Below, one piece after another: positions 9,601-19,820 of a DNA stretch of 64,000 nucleotides. Source of the DNA: Ignavibacteria bacterium (GTDB lineage: Bacteria; Bacteroidota; Ignavibacteria; SZUA-365). A program made the translations under genes and the position numbers. Each line of letters starts with the position of its first letter. The stretch's first letter is position 1. The DNA lies in assembly GCA_016720835.1 (NCBI GenBank), contig JADKJW010000031.1, positions 310,625 to 374,624 on the forward strand, written 5' to 3'. Below the pieces are notes generated by a model, which was not told the origin of the DNA, made no database searches, and saw only the letters and a list, made by a program, of their open reading frames with translations.

Positions 9601-10217
9601 ATGCGCGTATCCTGTATCAGGTGGAGCGCCGCGGCGTCATCACCGAGGAGCGCTGGCTGAAGATGAGCGGCGAGCAGCGGGCCTTCTCCGTGCCGATCCG
9701 CGAGGAGGACCGCGGGGGATTCACGCTGCGCTTCTCGCTGGTGAAGAACCGGAGGATCTACTCCGAGGAAGCCTACATCGCCGTGCCGTGGACGAACAAG
9801 GAACTGAAGATCACCACGTCGGTATTCCGCGACAAGATGCTGCCCGGCTCCAAAGAAGAATGGCGTCTCTCCGTGAAGGGCGAAAACGCCGAGGCCATCG
9901 CGGCGGAACTCGTCGCGGCGATGTACGACGCCTCGCTCGACGCCATCCGCGGGCACTGGTGGGAATCGCTCGCCTGGCCCACGTGGTACACGCAGGCGCG
10001 CATGAGTACGCACGCCTTCGGCACCAGTACGGCATCGATGCACGATTTCGATCTGAACCCGTATCCGGGCTCCTGGTCGCTGAGCTACCCGCGCCTCAAC
10101 CTCTTCCTCCTCGACGACGGCGGCTGGTACGGCCGCGGTCGCAGATACCGCATGATGGCGAAGAGCGGCATGATGAACGAAGCCGCGGCGCCATGGCAGC
10201 GCAGCGTGAACTCATGA
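6603..10217 (+). CDS. Alpha-2-macroglobulin family protein, copy 1, N-terminal segment (signal peptide plus MG domains up to the bait region)
   Basis: Start MIMRTTIRFVALLLATAAIAAV with a gaagga RBS. About 1200 aa of MG-like beta-domain repeats, homologous to the copy-2 N-terminus. The frame ends at TGATGA (10215-10220) inside the predicted bait region. The reading continues in frame +2 and then returns to frame 0 (see 10341-12674). Confidence 0.7.
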   Translation: MIMRTTIRFVALLLATAAIAAVLPALYSSMSESHSLEGSTMKQDSYPELWKKVDEAIREGKPRTALDIVEKIYKQAKAERNAVQTVKAVAFRVALRAETNEDGEIILVRDIEKEIPDVREPAKSIFHSMLGEMYWSYYQQHQWEISSRTVTADSASDDLRTWDAKKLFEATKRHYLASLAPAAELQRVPLADVKDLLIDGFNGDAYRTSVYDILAHRAVDFFADDRGNLPKPTREFEVTTLDALASAEQFAQHRFETPDSSDNTWVALELYQHLLRAHLRDRAPDALVDLDLDRLAFARRITYHDEKDTAYVDALTALAARHQAHAISAEVGYRIAQYQYDRGDYVNALARCDREIARHGQQRGGVNCTNLRAQILAKEIDYAVESTVAPETPILAAVTYRNLPRVYCRILPDEIDDEDPRRPRSAEERMRALLKRKTLQAWSAALPDAKDYKTHVADIAAPAMPIGTYVLVMSAREDFSLTNNRLAVGPLRVTRLSLQSQQLLDCTHLFWIREADNGAPLGDVTAKLSMRRWNSSNYKYEKIPFRDMVSDRNGRVKLEPGSARDYLYVTLERGGDRLALDEGFYPCTRNPPDSKLRTIFFTDRGLYRPGQTVFFKGLTVRYDADQVGRSAAKGVQSTVDFLDANYQKIASQSFTTNEFGSFQGTFTVPTGVLTGTMTLRSQHGSVQIQVEEYKRPKFEVTFEAAKGTFKLYDNITVKGNAKAYAGANIDGAAVTYRVVRQARYPFWCWWWRNQPRSETKEIAHGITKTAADGTFEITFPALPDKSVQKSTLPVFSYAVTADVTDMSGETRSGATTVSVGYTAIVLSAVLPPVLDANVPAIAVFASTNLNGSPVTARGTVLVEKLRNPARVLRERLLPQPDQFAMSREEFKRAFPNDVWKDENIEDTWPVEKTAVRQEFSTNAAGQDTVSLKDLEPGRYRVTLTAKDPSGETLTLKQFFTAYASDAKEPATTEGSVLIPVAVTGQPGTKATVIFGTSFSDARILYQVERRGVITEERWLKMSGEQRAFSVPIREEDRGGFTLRFSLVKNRRIYSEEAYIAVPWTNKELKITTSVFRDKMLPGSKEEWRLSVKGENAEAIAAELVAAMYDASLDAIRGHWWESLAWPTWYTQARMSTHAFGTSTASMHDFDLNPYPGSWSLSYPRLNLFLLDDGGWYGRGRRYRMMAKSGMMNEAAAPWQRSVNS

Positions 10218-10340
10218 TGACGGCCGACGCCGTCGGCGGCGCCAAGGAGGAACGCGACGAGAAGAAGAAGGACGGCGCCGCGCCGCCTCCGCCTCCCGGC
10301 GCTCCGCGCGAAGACAAACCCAAAGAAGACGTCTCCGGGC

Positions 10341-12674
10341 GTGAAGGCGCGGACGAACTTCAACGAGACGGCGTTCTTCTTCCCGCAGCTGCGGACGGAC
10401 GAGTCGGGCGGCATCACGCTGGCCTTCACGATGCCGGAGGCGCTCACGCGCTGGCGCTTCATGGCCTTCGCGCACACGCCGGACATGAAGACCGGCATGC
10501 TGCAGAAGTTCGCCGTCACGCAGAAGGAACTCATGGTGGTGCCGAACGCCCCGCGCTTCCTGCGCGAAAGCGACGTCATCGTCTTCCCGGTCAAGATCAC
10601 CAACCTCGCCGACCGCGACCTCGCCGGCACGGCGAAGCTCCAGATCTTCGACGCGCTCACCATGCAGCCGCTGGATGCGGAGTTCAAACTCGCCGATGCG
10701 GAGAAGTCCTTCAGCACCATCAAAGGCCAGAGCACCAGCGTGAGCTGGCAGTTGAAGGTGCCCGAAGGCCTCTCGGCCATCGTGTACCGCGTGGTGGCGA
10801 AGTCCGGCGATTACTCGGACGGGGAAGAGGCGCCGCTGCCCGTGCTGCCGAACCGCATGCTGGTCACCGAGACCATGCCGCTCAACGTGCGCGGCAACTC
10901 CTCCCGCACGTACACGTTCGAGAAGCTCGTGAACGCGGGCTCGTCGAAAACGCTGCGGCATCAGGCCTTGACGCTCGAGATGACCTCGCATCCGGCCTGG
11001 TACGCCGTGCAGGCGCTGCCGTACCTGCAGGAGTTCCCGTACGAGTGCTCGGAACAGAGCTTCAACCGCCTCTACGCGAACAGTATCGCCCAGCACCTCG
11101 TCAACTCGAGCCCCAAGATCAAGCGCGTCTTCGAATCGTGGAAGGGCACGGACGCATTGGTCTCGAATCTCGAGAAGAATCAGGAACTGAAATCCCTGCT
11201 GCTGCAGGAGACGCCATGGGTGATGCAGGGCAAGGACGAAGGCGAGCGGAAGAAGCGCATCGCGCTGCTCTTCGACCTCAACACGATGGCAAACAACCTC
11301 GAGTCCGCGCTGCGCCGTCTCGAGAAGGCGCAGGGCTCGAACGGCGGCTTCCCGTGGTTCCCCGGCATGCCCGAGAGCCGCTACATCACGCAGTACATCG
11401 TGGCGGGCTTCGGGCACCTGCGCGAACTCGGCATCGACGTGTCGGAGCCGCGCATCAAGCGCATGGTGGAGCGCGCGGTGACGTACTGCGATCAGGACAT
11501 GCGCTACGACTACGAGCGGCTGAAGGCGACGCCGGGCTTCAACCCGAAGCTCGATCACCTCGGCTACACCGAGATCCAGTACCTGTACGCGCGCAGCTAC
11601 TTCGTCAAGCAGGAGATGCCGAAGGAATGCGTCGAGGCCTTCGAGTTCTGGAAGACGCAGGCGCGGCGCTACTGGCTGGGCAAGGGCCTGATGTGCGAAG
11701 GGCAGCTGGCGCTGGCGTTCTTCCGCTTCGACGAGAAGAAGATCGCGCTCGAAGTCCTCGCCTCGCTCAAGGAGCGCGCGCTGCAGAACGACGAGATGGG
11801 CATGTACTGGAAGCAGAACGGCGGCTGGTGGTGGTATCAGGCGCCGATCGAGACGCAGGCCGTGCTGGTGGAAGCGTTCGATGAAATCGCGAACGACAAG
11901 CTGGCGGTGGAGGAGATGAAGATCTGGCTGCTGAAGCAGAAGCAGGTGCAGGACTGGCGCACCACCGTCGCCACGGCGGACGCCTGCTACGCGCTGCTGC
12001 GCCGGGGCGCGGACCTGATCTCGTCGGACAAGCTGGTGGAAGTGACGCTCGGCGGAAAGAACGTGACGCCGGTGCAGGGCGACGGGACGAAGGTGGAGGC
12101 GGGGACGGGCTACTACAAGCTCTCGTACAACCGCACGGAAGTGAAGCCGGAGATGGGCCGGGTGACGGTGAAGAAGACGGACGAGGGGATCGCGTGGGGC
12201 TGCGTGTACTGGCAGTACTTCGAGCAGCTCGACAAGATCACGCCGGCAAAGACGCCGCTGCAGATCGAGAAGAAGCTGTACAAGCAGGTGAACACCGACC
12301 AGGGCCTCGTGCTGGAGCCGATCACGGAGAACAGCCCGCTGAAGGTGGGCGACATCCTGAAGACGCGCGTGGAGATCCGTGTGGACCGCGACATGGAGTA
12401 CGTGCACATGAAGGACATGCGCGGCGCGGGCTTCGACCTGATCAACCAGCTCTCGCGCTACAACTGGCAGGGGCGTCTCGGCTACTACGAGGCGCCGAAG
12501 GACGCGTCGGTGAACTTCTTCATCTACTGGCTTCCGAAGGGCGTGCACGTGTTCGAGTACGCGCTGCGGGTCTCGCACGCGGGCGTGTTCTCGAACGGCA
12601 TCTCGACGATCCAGTGCATGTACGCCCCCGAGTTCGCCGCCCACACCCAGGGCTTCACCGTGACGGTCAAATAA
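10341..12674 (+). CDS. Alpha-2-macroglobulin family protein, copy 1, C-terminal segment (thioester domain plus receptor-binding domain)
   Basis: Carries the thioester motif (FPYECSEQSFNRLYAN), the A2M_comp region and a C-terminal MG/RBD domain. Same frame as 6603-10217. The two segments are separated by a pair of compensating indels in C/G homopolymers, so they are probably one about 2020-aa gene. Confidence 0.7.
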   Translation: MKARTNFNETAFFFPQLRTDESGGITLAFTMPEALTRWRFMAFAHTPDMKTGMLQKFAVTQKELMVVPNAPRFLRESDVIVFPVKITNLADRDLAGTAKLQIFDALTMQPLDAEFKLADAEKSFSTIKGQSTSVSWQLKVPEGLSAIVYRVVAKSGDYSDGEEAPLPVLPNRMLVTETMPLNVRGNSSRTYTFEKLVNAGSSKTLRHQALTLEMTSHPAWYAVQALPYLQEFPYECSEQSFNRLYANSIAQHLVNSSPKIKRVFESWKGTDALVSNLEKNQELKSLLLQETPWVMQGKDEGERKKRIALLFDLNTMANNLESALRRLEKAQGSNGGFPWFPGMPESRYITQYIVAGFGHLRELGIDVSEPRIKRMVERAVTYCDQDMRYDYERLKATPGFNPKLDHLGYTEIQYLYARSYFVKQEMPKECVEAFEFWKTQARRYWLGKGLMCEGQLALAFFRFDEKKIALEVLASLKERALQNDEMGMYWKQNGGWWWYQAPIETQAVLVEAFDEIANDKLAVEEMKIWLLKQKQVQDWRTTVATADACYALLRRGADLISSDKLVEVTLGGKNVTPVQGDGTKVEAGTGYYKLSYNRTEVKPEMGRVTVKKTDEGIAWGCVYWQYFEQLDKITPAKTPLQIEKKLYKQVNTDQGLVLEPITENSPLKVGDILKTRVEIRVDRDMEYVHMKDMRGAGFDLINQLSRYNWQGRLGYYEAPKDASVNFFIYWLPKGVHVFEYALRVSHAGVFSNGISTIQCMYAPEFAAHTQGFTVTVK

Positions 12675-12703
12675 ACGATCACCTGCATTCATGCAGAACA
12701 CCG

Positions 12704-12736
12704 AGGGACGGAGCAATCCGTCCCTCGTTACTTTCC
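12704..12736 (+). terminator. Hairpin terminator candidate downstream of A2M copy 1
   Basis: The sequence gagggacgg-agcaa-tccgtccctc has a 9-bp perfect stem and is followed by gttactttcc. Confidence 0.4.
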
Positions 12737-12896
12737 GGCCTGCCGCCGTGTCAATGAAGCAGACGGGCTGCACCCGCACGCGCTGACCGTGACGGCCCGA
12801 TCCGACTCCCTGTGATAAACGGATTTCTTTCTCTACTATTGTCAGGGTTATTCACGCATCGATCGTACGCGCCTCGAGTACTCGAAGGAAGCCACC

Positions 12897-15800
12897 ATGC
12901 GACGCACCTGCCTTGTTCTTGCCGTCCTCTTGACCGTCAGCTCCTGCGCGGTACAGACGGTCCTTCGCGACCCGGGAATGTCTTCAGCGCCGGCCAATGG
13001 CTTGACGCGCACGGAGGAATCCTACACAGAAATATGGAAGGCAGTGGATGAAGCGATGAAGAGCGGGAAACCCCGTACCGCGCTCGAGATTGTCGAGACG
13101 ATATACACGCGGGCCGTGTCGGAACGGAATACGGTGCAGATCGTCAAGTCCGTGTCTCACCGTGTTGCGCTCCGCGCCGAGTTGAACGAGGACGGGGAAC
13201 TCCTGCTCGTTCGCGATCTGGAGGCGGAGATTCGGATTTCCGGAGACCTGCCGGCGGCGATATTCCATTCCATGCTCGGGCAGTTCTACTGGACGTATTA
13301 TCAACAGCATCAGCGCGAAATATCCGGGCCGAACGGCGACAACGGACACGGCCTCTGGAGACTTCCGCACCTGGGATGCGAGGAAGCTCTTCGAGGCCGC
13401 GAAAATACACTACCTCGCGTCGCTGCGCACCGCGGCCCTTCTGCAGCGCGTGCCGCTCTCGGACGTAAAGGACCTGCTGGTTACAGGGTACAACAGCGAT
13501 GCGTACCGGAGCGACGCATACCGGACATCGGCGTACGATATTCTCGCGCATCGCGCGGTGGAATTCTTCGCCGACGGCCGCACCGGGCTTCCGTCCGCGT
13601 CGGGCGAGTTCGGGTTCGAGACCCTCGACGGGTTGCTCCCCACATTGCAGTTCGTTGAGCAGCGCCTCGAGCCGTCCGACTCCAGCGACAACGCCCGGAT
13701 CGCCCTCGGCCTGTACAGGCATCTGCTGCGCGCGCATCTGGGCGATGCCGGGCCGGACGCGCTCGTGGATCTCGATCTCCTCCGCCTGGACTTCGCGCGG
13801 CGCATCACCCGGCATGACAACAAGGATACCGCATACTTCGGAGCGCTCGTGGAGCTGTATCTCCGCCACGCATCGGCATCCATCTCCGCCGAAGTGGGGT
13901 ACCGCATGGCGCAGTATCACTACGACCGTGGTGATTATCCCGCAGCGCTCGCAATCTGCGAACGAGAAATTGAACGATTCCCGGATTCCCGCGGAGGCGT
14001 GCATAGCGAAAATCTCCGAGCGAAAATCCTCACGAAGGAGTTGGACTTCTTTGTCGAAAAATCCGTGCTCCCCGGCAAGCCGATACTCGTCGCCGTCCGT
14101 TACCGTAATCTCTCGCGCGTCTACTGTCGTATCCTGGCGGAGAAACAATACCGGCAGATGTACGAGCAGTTCGAGCAGAAGGCGCGTACCGAAAGCGTGC
14201 GCATTCTGCTCGAATCGAAAATCCTTGAAGAATGGACAGTGGAGTTACCAGGAGCACAGGATTACCAAAGGCATGTGGTCGATATCGCCGCCCCCTCGAT
14301 GCCCGTCGGCAACTATATCATGGTCGTGAGTACACGCGAGGACTTTTCGAGAACAAAGCCCAACACGCTTGCTGTGTGTGAGTTGCATGTCACAGGATTG
14401 AGCATGCAGAGCCAGCACTTGCGGGATCAATCGGATCTGCTGTGGATACGCGACGCAGAAAACGGATACTCCTTGCCGGGTGTGACCGCGCACATGTATC
14501 ATCGCAGGGAGAACTGGTCGATCTCGAAGGTCGAGAAGATTCCGGTCCGTGATGCATTGTCGGACTCAAACGGATGCGTCAGACTCGAATTCGGCGCCTC
14601 GAACACCTCAATCAATGTCGCGTTGGAATGTAGCGGTGATACGTTCGATCCCGGAGAGAGTTACCATAAAGCTTCCTCCAAAATACGAGGTGAAACCGCG
14701 CGCGGTGTTTTTCACCGACCGCACACTCTACCGTCCAGGACAAACCGTCCTTTTCAAATGCCTCCTCGTGAACACAGACACGGATCGCACTGACCGGGAC
14801 GTCGCGACCAATCTGCCGGTGACTGTGGATTTGCAGGATGAGAGATCCCAGACTGTCGCGACTGAGAGCTTCATCAGCAATGCATTCGGCAGTGTTCAGG
14901 GAAGTTTCCACGTGCCGCAAGGAGCGTTCACCGGTCGCATGACATTGCGCTGCCAATTCGGCGCTGTGTCGATACGGGTGGAAGAGTACAAACGTCCGAA
15001 GTTTGAAGTGGTCATGGAGACCGTCAAGGGAGTGGTCGCATTGGGTGATACTGTCATCGTCGCCGGAACTGCCAAGGCGTTCTCCGGCGCCATGATCGAC
15101 CATGCGAAGGTGGTCTACATTGTGGTGCGTCACACGCATTTCGCCTCATGGTACTCCTCGGAAAGCGTCTATTCCTCAAGGAACCCTCCACCCCATTCCA
15201 GATAACCTCGTCATCTCGCAAGGGACGGTACCTACGGACGCCAAGGGACGATTCGAGATCACGTTCCCGGCTCTGCCTGATCGCGCCATTCCGCGTGGCA
15301 TGCAGCCCGTGTTCAGTTACGAGGTCCGTGTCGACGTCACTGATAATGCCGGTGAGACGCACAGCGGGACGAGCCTCGTGCTCGCCGGCTATTCATCTGT
15401 GCTGCTCTCCGCTACGGTGCCCGAATCCTTTGATGTTCACGCGAAGGCTGCTGTGGCCATCAACTCCACCAACATGAATCATGCTCCCGTTTCCATCCGC
15501 GGGAGCGTGTCGGTGGAGAAACTCCGCGTGCCCGACCGGGTGTATCGTCAACGCATACTGCCGTGGCCTGACCGCTTCGCGATGAGCCGCGAAGAATTCA
15601 TACGCGCTTTCCCGAACGATGTTTGGAAAGATGAACACATCGAGGACACCTGGCCTGTGGAGAAAATCGCCATCAGGCAGGATTTCTGGACGAATGCGGC
15701 GGGACAGGACACCGTGCAGCTCGCGCAGCTCGAACCCGGACGGTATCGTGTCATCGTCTCTGCAAAGGATCCTTCAGGAGACACGCTCCTCCTGAAGTAT

Positions 15801-18800
15801 TTCTTCACTGCCTATTCCGACGACACGAATGCGCCGGCGACGATGGAAGGCTCGATGCTCTATCCCTTCATGCAGACCTGCGAGCCGGGCGATACCGCGA
15901 GAGTGCTCTTCGGGACGTCGTTTTCGGATGCGCGTCCTGTATCAGGTCGAACGCATGCGAGGCATTACGGAAGAGCGCTGGTTGCTCTTGAACAATGAAC
16001 AGCGCGCATTTTCCTGTCCGATCGCCGAAGAGGATCGCGGAGGAGTCCGGATGCGCTTCTCGATCGTTCGGGATGGTCGCCACTATCTGAAAGAGGCGTT
16101 CATTACCGTGCCGTGGACCAACAAGGAATTGGTGCTCAGCACTTCGGTATTCCGCGACAAGATGCTGCCCGGAACGAAGGAGGAGTGGCGACTTACCGTA
16201 AAGGGCGGGAAGGCTGAGACCGTCGCTGCCGAACTGGTCGCGACCATGTACGATGCCTCACTCGATGCGATCGATAGAAATGATTGGGCGACGTTCACCA
16301 ATCCCATGTTGCGCGGCTCCAGGATGCAGATGGCAGGGGCCGGCGTATTATCCGCATCGAATTATGATTTCAAGTTGAATTCGTCACTGCCGACCTTCAA
16401 CCTCGCCTACCCGCGTCTCAATCTTTTCCTTCTCGACAATGGTCGTGGCCGGTATCGCGAAATCGGGAACACGACGGTTGGGAGCATGATGTACACTCGC
16501 GGGGGCAGAGGAGGTCCGATTGTCGATCTGAACGCCACAAGCAGTAGGGAGACAATCTCTGCATTAACTGCTGGCGTCATGAACGAACCCGTACCCGGTG
16601 CTGCAGAACAACAACCCAAAGAAGACCTCTCCGGCGTGAAGGCTCGGACGAACTTCAACGAGACGGCGTTCTTCTTCCCGCAGCTGCGGACGGACGAGTC
16701 GGGCGGCATCACGCTGGCCTTCACGATGCCGGAGGCGCTCACGCGCTGGCGCTTCATGGCCTTCGCGCACACGCCGGACATGAAGACCGGCATGCTGCGA
16801 AGTTCGCCGTCACGCAGAAGGAACTCATGGTGGTGCCGAACGCCCCGCGCTTCCTGCGCGAAAGCGACGTCATCGTCTTCCCGGTCAAGATCACCAACCT
16901 CGCCGACCGCGACCTCGCCGGCACCGCGAAGCTCCAGATCTTCGACGCGCTGACGATGCAGCCGCTGGATGCGGAGTTCAAACTCGCCGATGCGGAGAAG
17001 TCCTTCAGCACCATCAAGGGCCAGAGCACCAGCGTGAGCTGGCAGTTGAAAGTGCCCGAAGGCCTCTCGGCCATCGTGTACCGCGTGGTGGCGAAGTCGG
17101 GCGATTACTCCGACGGGGAGGAAGCGCCGCTGCCCGTGTTGCCGAACCGCATGCTGGTCACCGAGACCATGCCGCTCAACGTGCGCGGCAATTCCTCCCG
17201 CACGTACACCTTCGAGAAGCTCGTGAACGCGGGCTCGTCGAAAACGCTGCGACATCAGGCCTTGACGCTCGAGATGACTTCGCATCCGGCCTGGTACGCC
17301 GTGCAGGCGCTGCCGTACCTGCAGGAGTTCCCGTACGAGTGCTCGGAGCAGACCTTCAACCGCCTGTACGCGAACAGCATCGCCCAGCATCTGGTGAACT
17401 CGAGCCCCAAGATCAAGCGCGTCTTCGAGTCGTGGAAGGGTACGGACGCATTGGTCTCGAATCTCGAAAAGAATCAGGAACTGAAATCGCTGCTGATTCA
17501 GGAGACGCCGTGGGTGATGCAGGGGAAGGACGAGGGCGAGCGGAAGAAGCGCATCGCGCTGCTGTTCGATCTCAACACGATGGCGAACAACCTCGAGTCC
17601 GCGCTGCGCCTGCTCGAAAAGGCGCAGGGGTCGAACGGCGGCTTCCCGTGGTTCCCCGGCATGCCCGAGAGCCGCTACATCACGCAGTATATCGTGGCGG
17701 GCTTCGGGCACCTGCGCGAACTCGGCATCGACGTCTCCGAGCCGCGCATCAAGCGCATGGTGGAGCGCGCGGTGACGTACTGCGATCAGGACATGCGCTA
17801 CGACTACGAACGGCTGAAGGCCTCGCCGGGCTTCAACCCGAAGCTCGATCACCTCGGCTACACCGAAATCCAGTACCTGTACGCGCGCAGTTACTTCGTC
17901 AAGCAGGAAATGCCGAAGGAATGCGTCGAGGCCTTCGAGTTCTGGAAGACGCAGGCGCGGCGCTACTGGCTGGGCAAGGGCCTGATGTGCGAGGGACAGC
18001 TGGCTCTGGCGTTCTTCCGTTTCGACGAGAAGAAGATCGCGCTCGAGGTGCTGGCATCGCTCAAGGAGCGCGCGCTGCAGAACGAGGAGATGGGCATGTA
18101 CTGGAAGCAGAACGGCGGCTGGTGGTGGTATCAGGCGCCGATCGAGACGCAGGCCGTGCTGGTGGAGGCGTTCGATGAAATCGCGAACGACAAGCTGGCG
18201 GTGGAGGAGATGAAGATCTGGCTGCTGAAGCAGAAGCAGGTGCAGGACTGGCGCACCACGGTCGCCACGGCGGACGCCTGCTACGCGCTGCTGCGCCGGG
18301 GCGCGGACCTGATCTCCTCGGACAAGCTGGTGGAAGTGACGCTCGGCGGAAAGAACGTGACGCCGGTGCAGGGCGACGGGACGAAGGTGGAGGCGGGGAC
18401 GGGCTACTACAAGCTCTCGTACAACCGCACGGAAGTGAAGCCCGAGATGGGCAAGGTGACGGTGAAGAAGTCGGACGAGGGGATCGCGTGGGGCTGCGTG
18501 TACTGGCAGTACTTCGAGCAGCTCGACAAGATCACGCCGGCGAAGACGCCGCTGCAGATCGAGAAGAAGCTGTACAAGCAGGTGAACACCGACCAGGGGC
18601 CTCGTGCTCGAGCCGATCACGGAGAACAGCCCGCTGAAGGTGGGCGACATCCTGAAGACGCGCGTGGAGATTCGTGTGGACCGCGACATGGAGTACGTGC
18701 ACATGAAGGACATGCGCGGCGCGGGCTTCGACCTGATCAACCAGCTCGCGCTACAACTGGCAGGGGCGCCTCGGCTACTACGAGGCGCCGAAGGACGCGT

Positions 18801-18967
18801 CGGTGAACTTCTTCATCTACTGGCTGCCGAAGGGCGTGCACGTGTTCGAGTACGCGCTGCGTGTCTCGCACGCGGGCGTGTTCTCGAACGGCATCTCGAC
18901 GATCCAGTGCATGTACGCCCCCGAGTTCGCCGCTCACACCCAGGGCTTCACCGTGACGGTCAAATAA
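12897..18967 (+). pseudogene. Alpha-2-macroglobulin family lipoprotein, copy 2, broken into about 8 ORF fragments by frameshifts
   Basis: Lipoprotein signal (MRRTCLVLAVLLTVSSC). The homologous reading switches frame at about 13330 (+1, ccggg), about 14665 (+1), about 15200 (+1, cccc), about 15935 (2-nt deletion, at), about 16803 (1-nt deletion, a), about 18598 (+1, gggg) and about 18745 (2-nt deletion, tc). The thioester CSEQ motif is retained (YECSEQTFNRLYAN). The 5' 3.7 kb is about 53-57% GC. The 3' 2.3 kb is about 95% nucleotide-identical to copy 1. Confidence 0.6.
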
Positions 18968-18995
18968 TTTTGCCCATCATTTTCGACGAATAAAT

Positions 18996-19022
18996 TCAGG
19001 GCGTCCACGGGCGCCCTGAAAC
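18996..19022 (+). terminator. Hairpin terminator candidate downstream of A2M copy 2
   Basis: The sequence ttcagggcg-tccacgg-cgccctgaa has a 9-bp stem. Confidence 0.35.
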
Positions 19023-19075
19023 TTGTGTTGCGCTGCCTCCGTATATACCGCAGTCATTCGAAATCGGAGCCAGCC

Positions 19076-19585
19076 ATGAAAACGCACACCGTCACCGCCG
19101 CGATTCTGTTCCTGTTCACCGTATCCGCACCGTCCTTCTCACAGACGTCCTGTTCCAACGACCCGGGACTGCTCGACACGCCAGACGACATTCTGAACAT
19201 GGTGACACGCTCGGATGACACGCTGATCCAGACCTACGCGGAGTACCATCCCGTGCTGCTCAAGACCGCGCTCGACAATTACGCCGTGTGCCTGCGCTCC
19301 GACAACCATGGCGTCGTCGAGTCCGCCATCGCGCAGCTCGTGCGTCTGAAGCTCGATGTGCCGAACCTGAGCGCGCCCGACTGCGTGCGCGAGATGCGCC
19401 GGCTGTCCACCGAAGGCCGGACGCAGATGATACGGCTCAAGGCGCGCTTTGCCCTCATGCTCTGCGACGATCCGGCGCTCTTCGATCTCGCGCAGTTGCA
19501 TCGCAGCGACGAGCCGGACGCCGTCTTCGCGGAAATCGCGTCGCAACTCCGCTCGAAACTCATCGTCAGTGAAGCTCGCGAGTAA
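19076..19585 (+). CDS. Hypothetical secreted protein
   Basis: GGAGCC RBS and ATG at 19076. Signal peptide (MKTHTVTAAILFLFTVSAPSFSQ). No recognisable domain. Confidence 0.5.
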   Translation: MKTHTVTAAILFLFTVSAPSFSQTSCSNDPGLLDTPDDILNMVTRSDDTLIQTYAEYHPVLLKTALDNYAVCLRSDNHGVVESAIAQLVRLKLDVPNLSAPDCVREMRRLSTEGRTQMIRLKARFALMLCDDPALFDLAQLHRSDEPDAVFAEIASQLRSKLIVSEARE

Positions 19586-19820
19586 AGCGGCGGATCGAGC
19601 CGCGCACGCAGCCACACCTCCCTCTCTCTCTTCTCATAGATGCAGCGCCGCCCCGGCAACGAGGCGGCGCCGCCATTTCCCGCATGGAACCGATCTCGAT
19701 CTTCTTCCACGAAAAAATCCTGTTTCGTGTGTTTCGAGTGTTTCGTGGACCGTCTTTCTTGCAGGCCTCAATGCCTCGCGCTAACTTGCAGATCAGCTTG
19801 TTCCACCCACACACAACTCC

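Noticed and set aside
10150-10345. Programmed ribosomal frameshifting in the A2M bait region
   Set aside because: There is no slippery heptamer or downstream pseudoknot. The same G/C-homopolymer indel signature appears in unrelated genes (hndD) and throughout copy 2. Sequencing or assembly indels are the simpler explanation.
8843-11884. Very long ORFs antisense or out of frame to real genes (for example 8843-11884, 10212-12779, 6717-8894, 42413-45112, 52287-55376, 57979-60117)
   Set aside because: Typical stop-poor alternative frames of a 65% GC genome. Their peptides are Arg/Ala/Pro-rich and low-complexity, and they overlap confidently assigned genes (A2M, E1, hydrogenase, HydS kinase).
19590-19820. 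Palindrome ggcggcgccgcc and direct repeats gtgtttcg between the hypothetical gene and dedA
   Set aside because: A 12-nt GC palindrome without a loop and short repeats. Not enough to call a terminator or operator.
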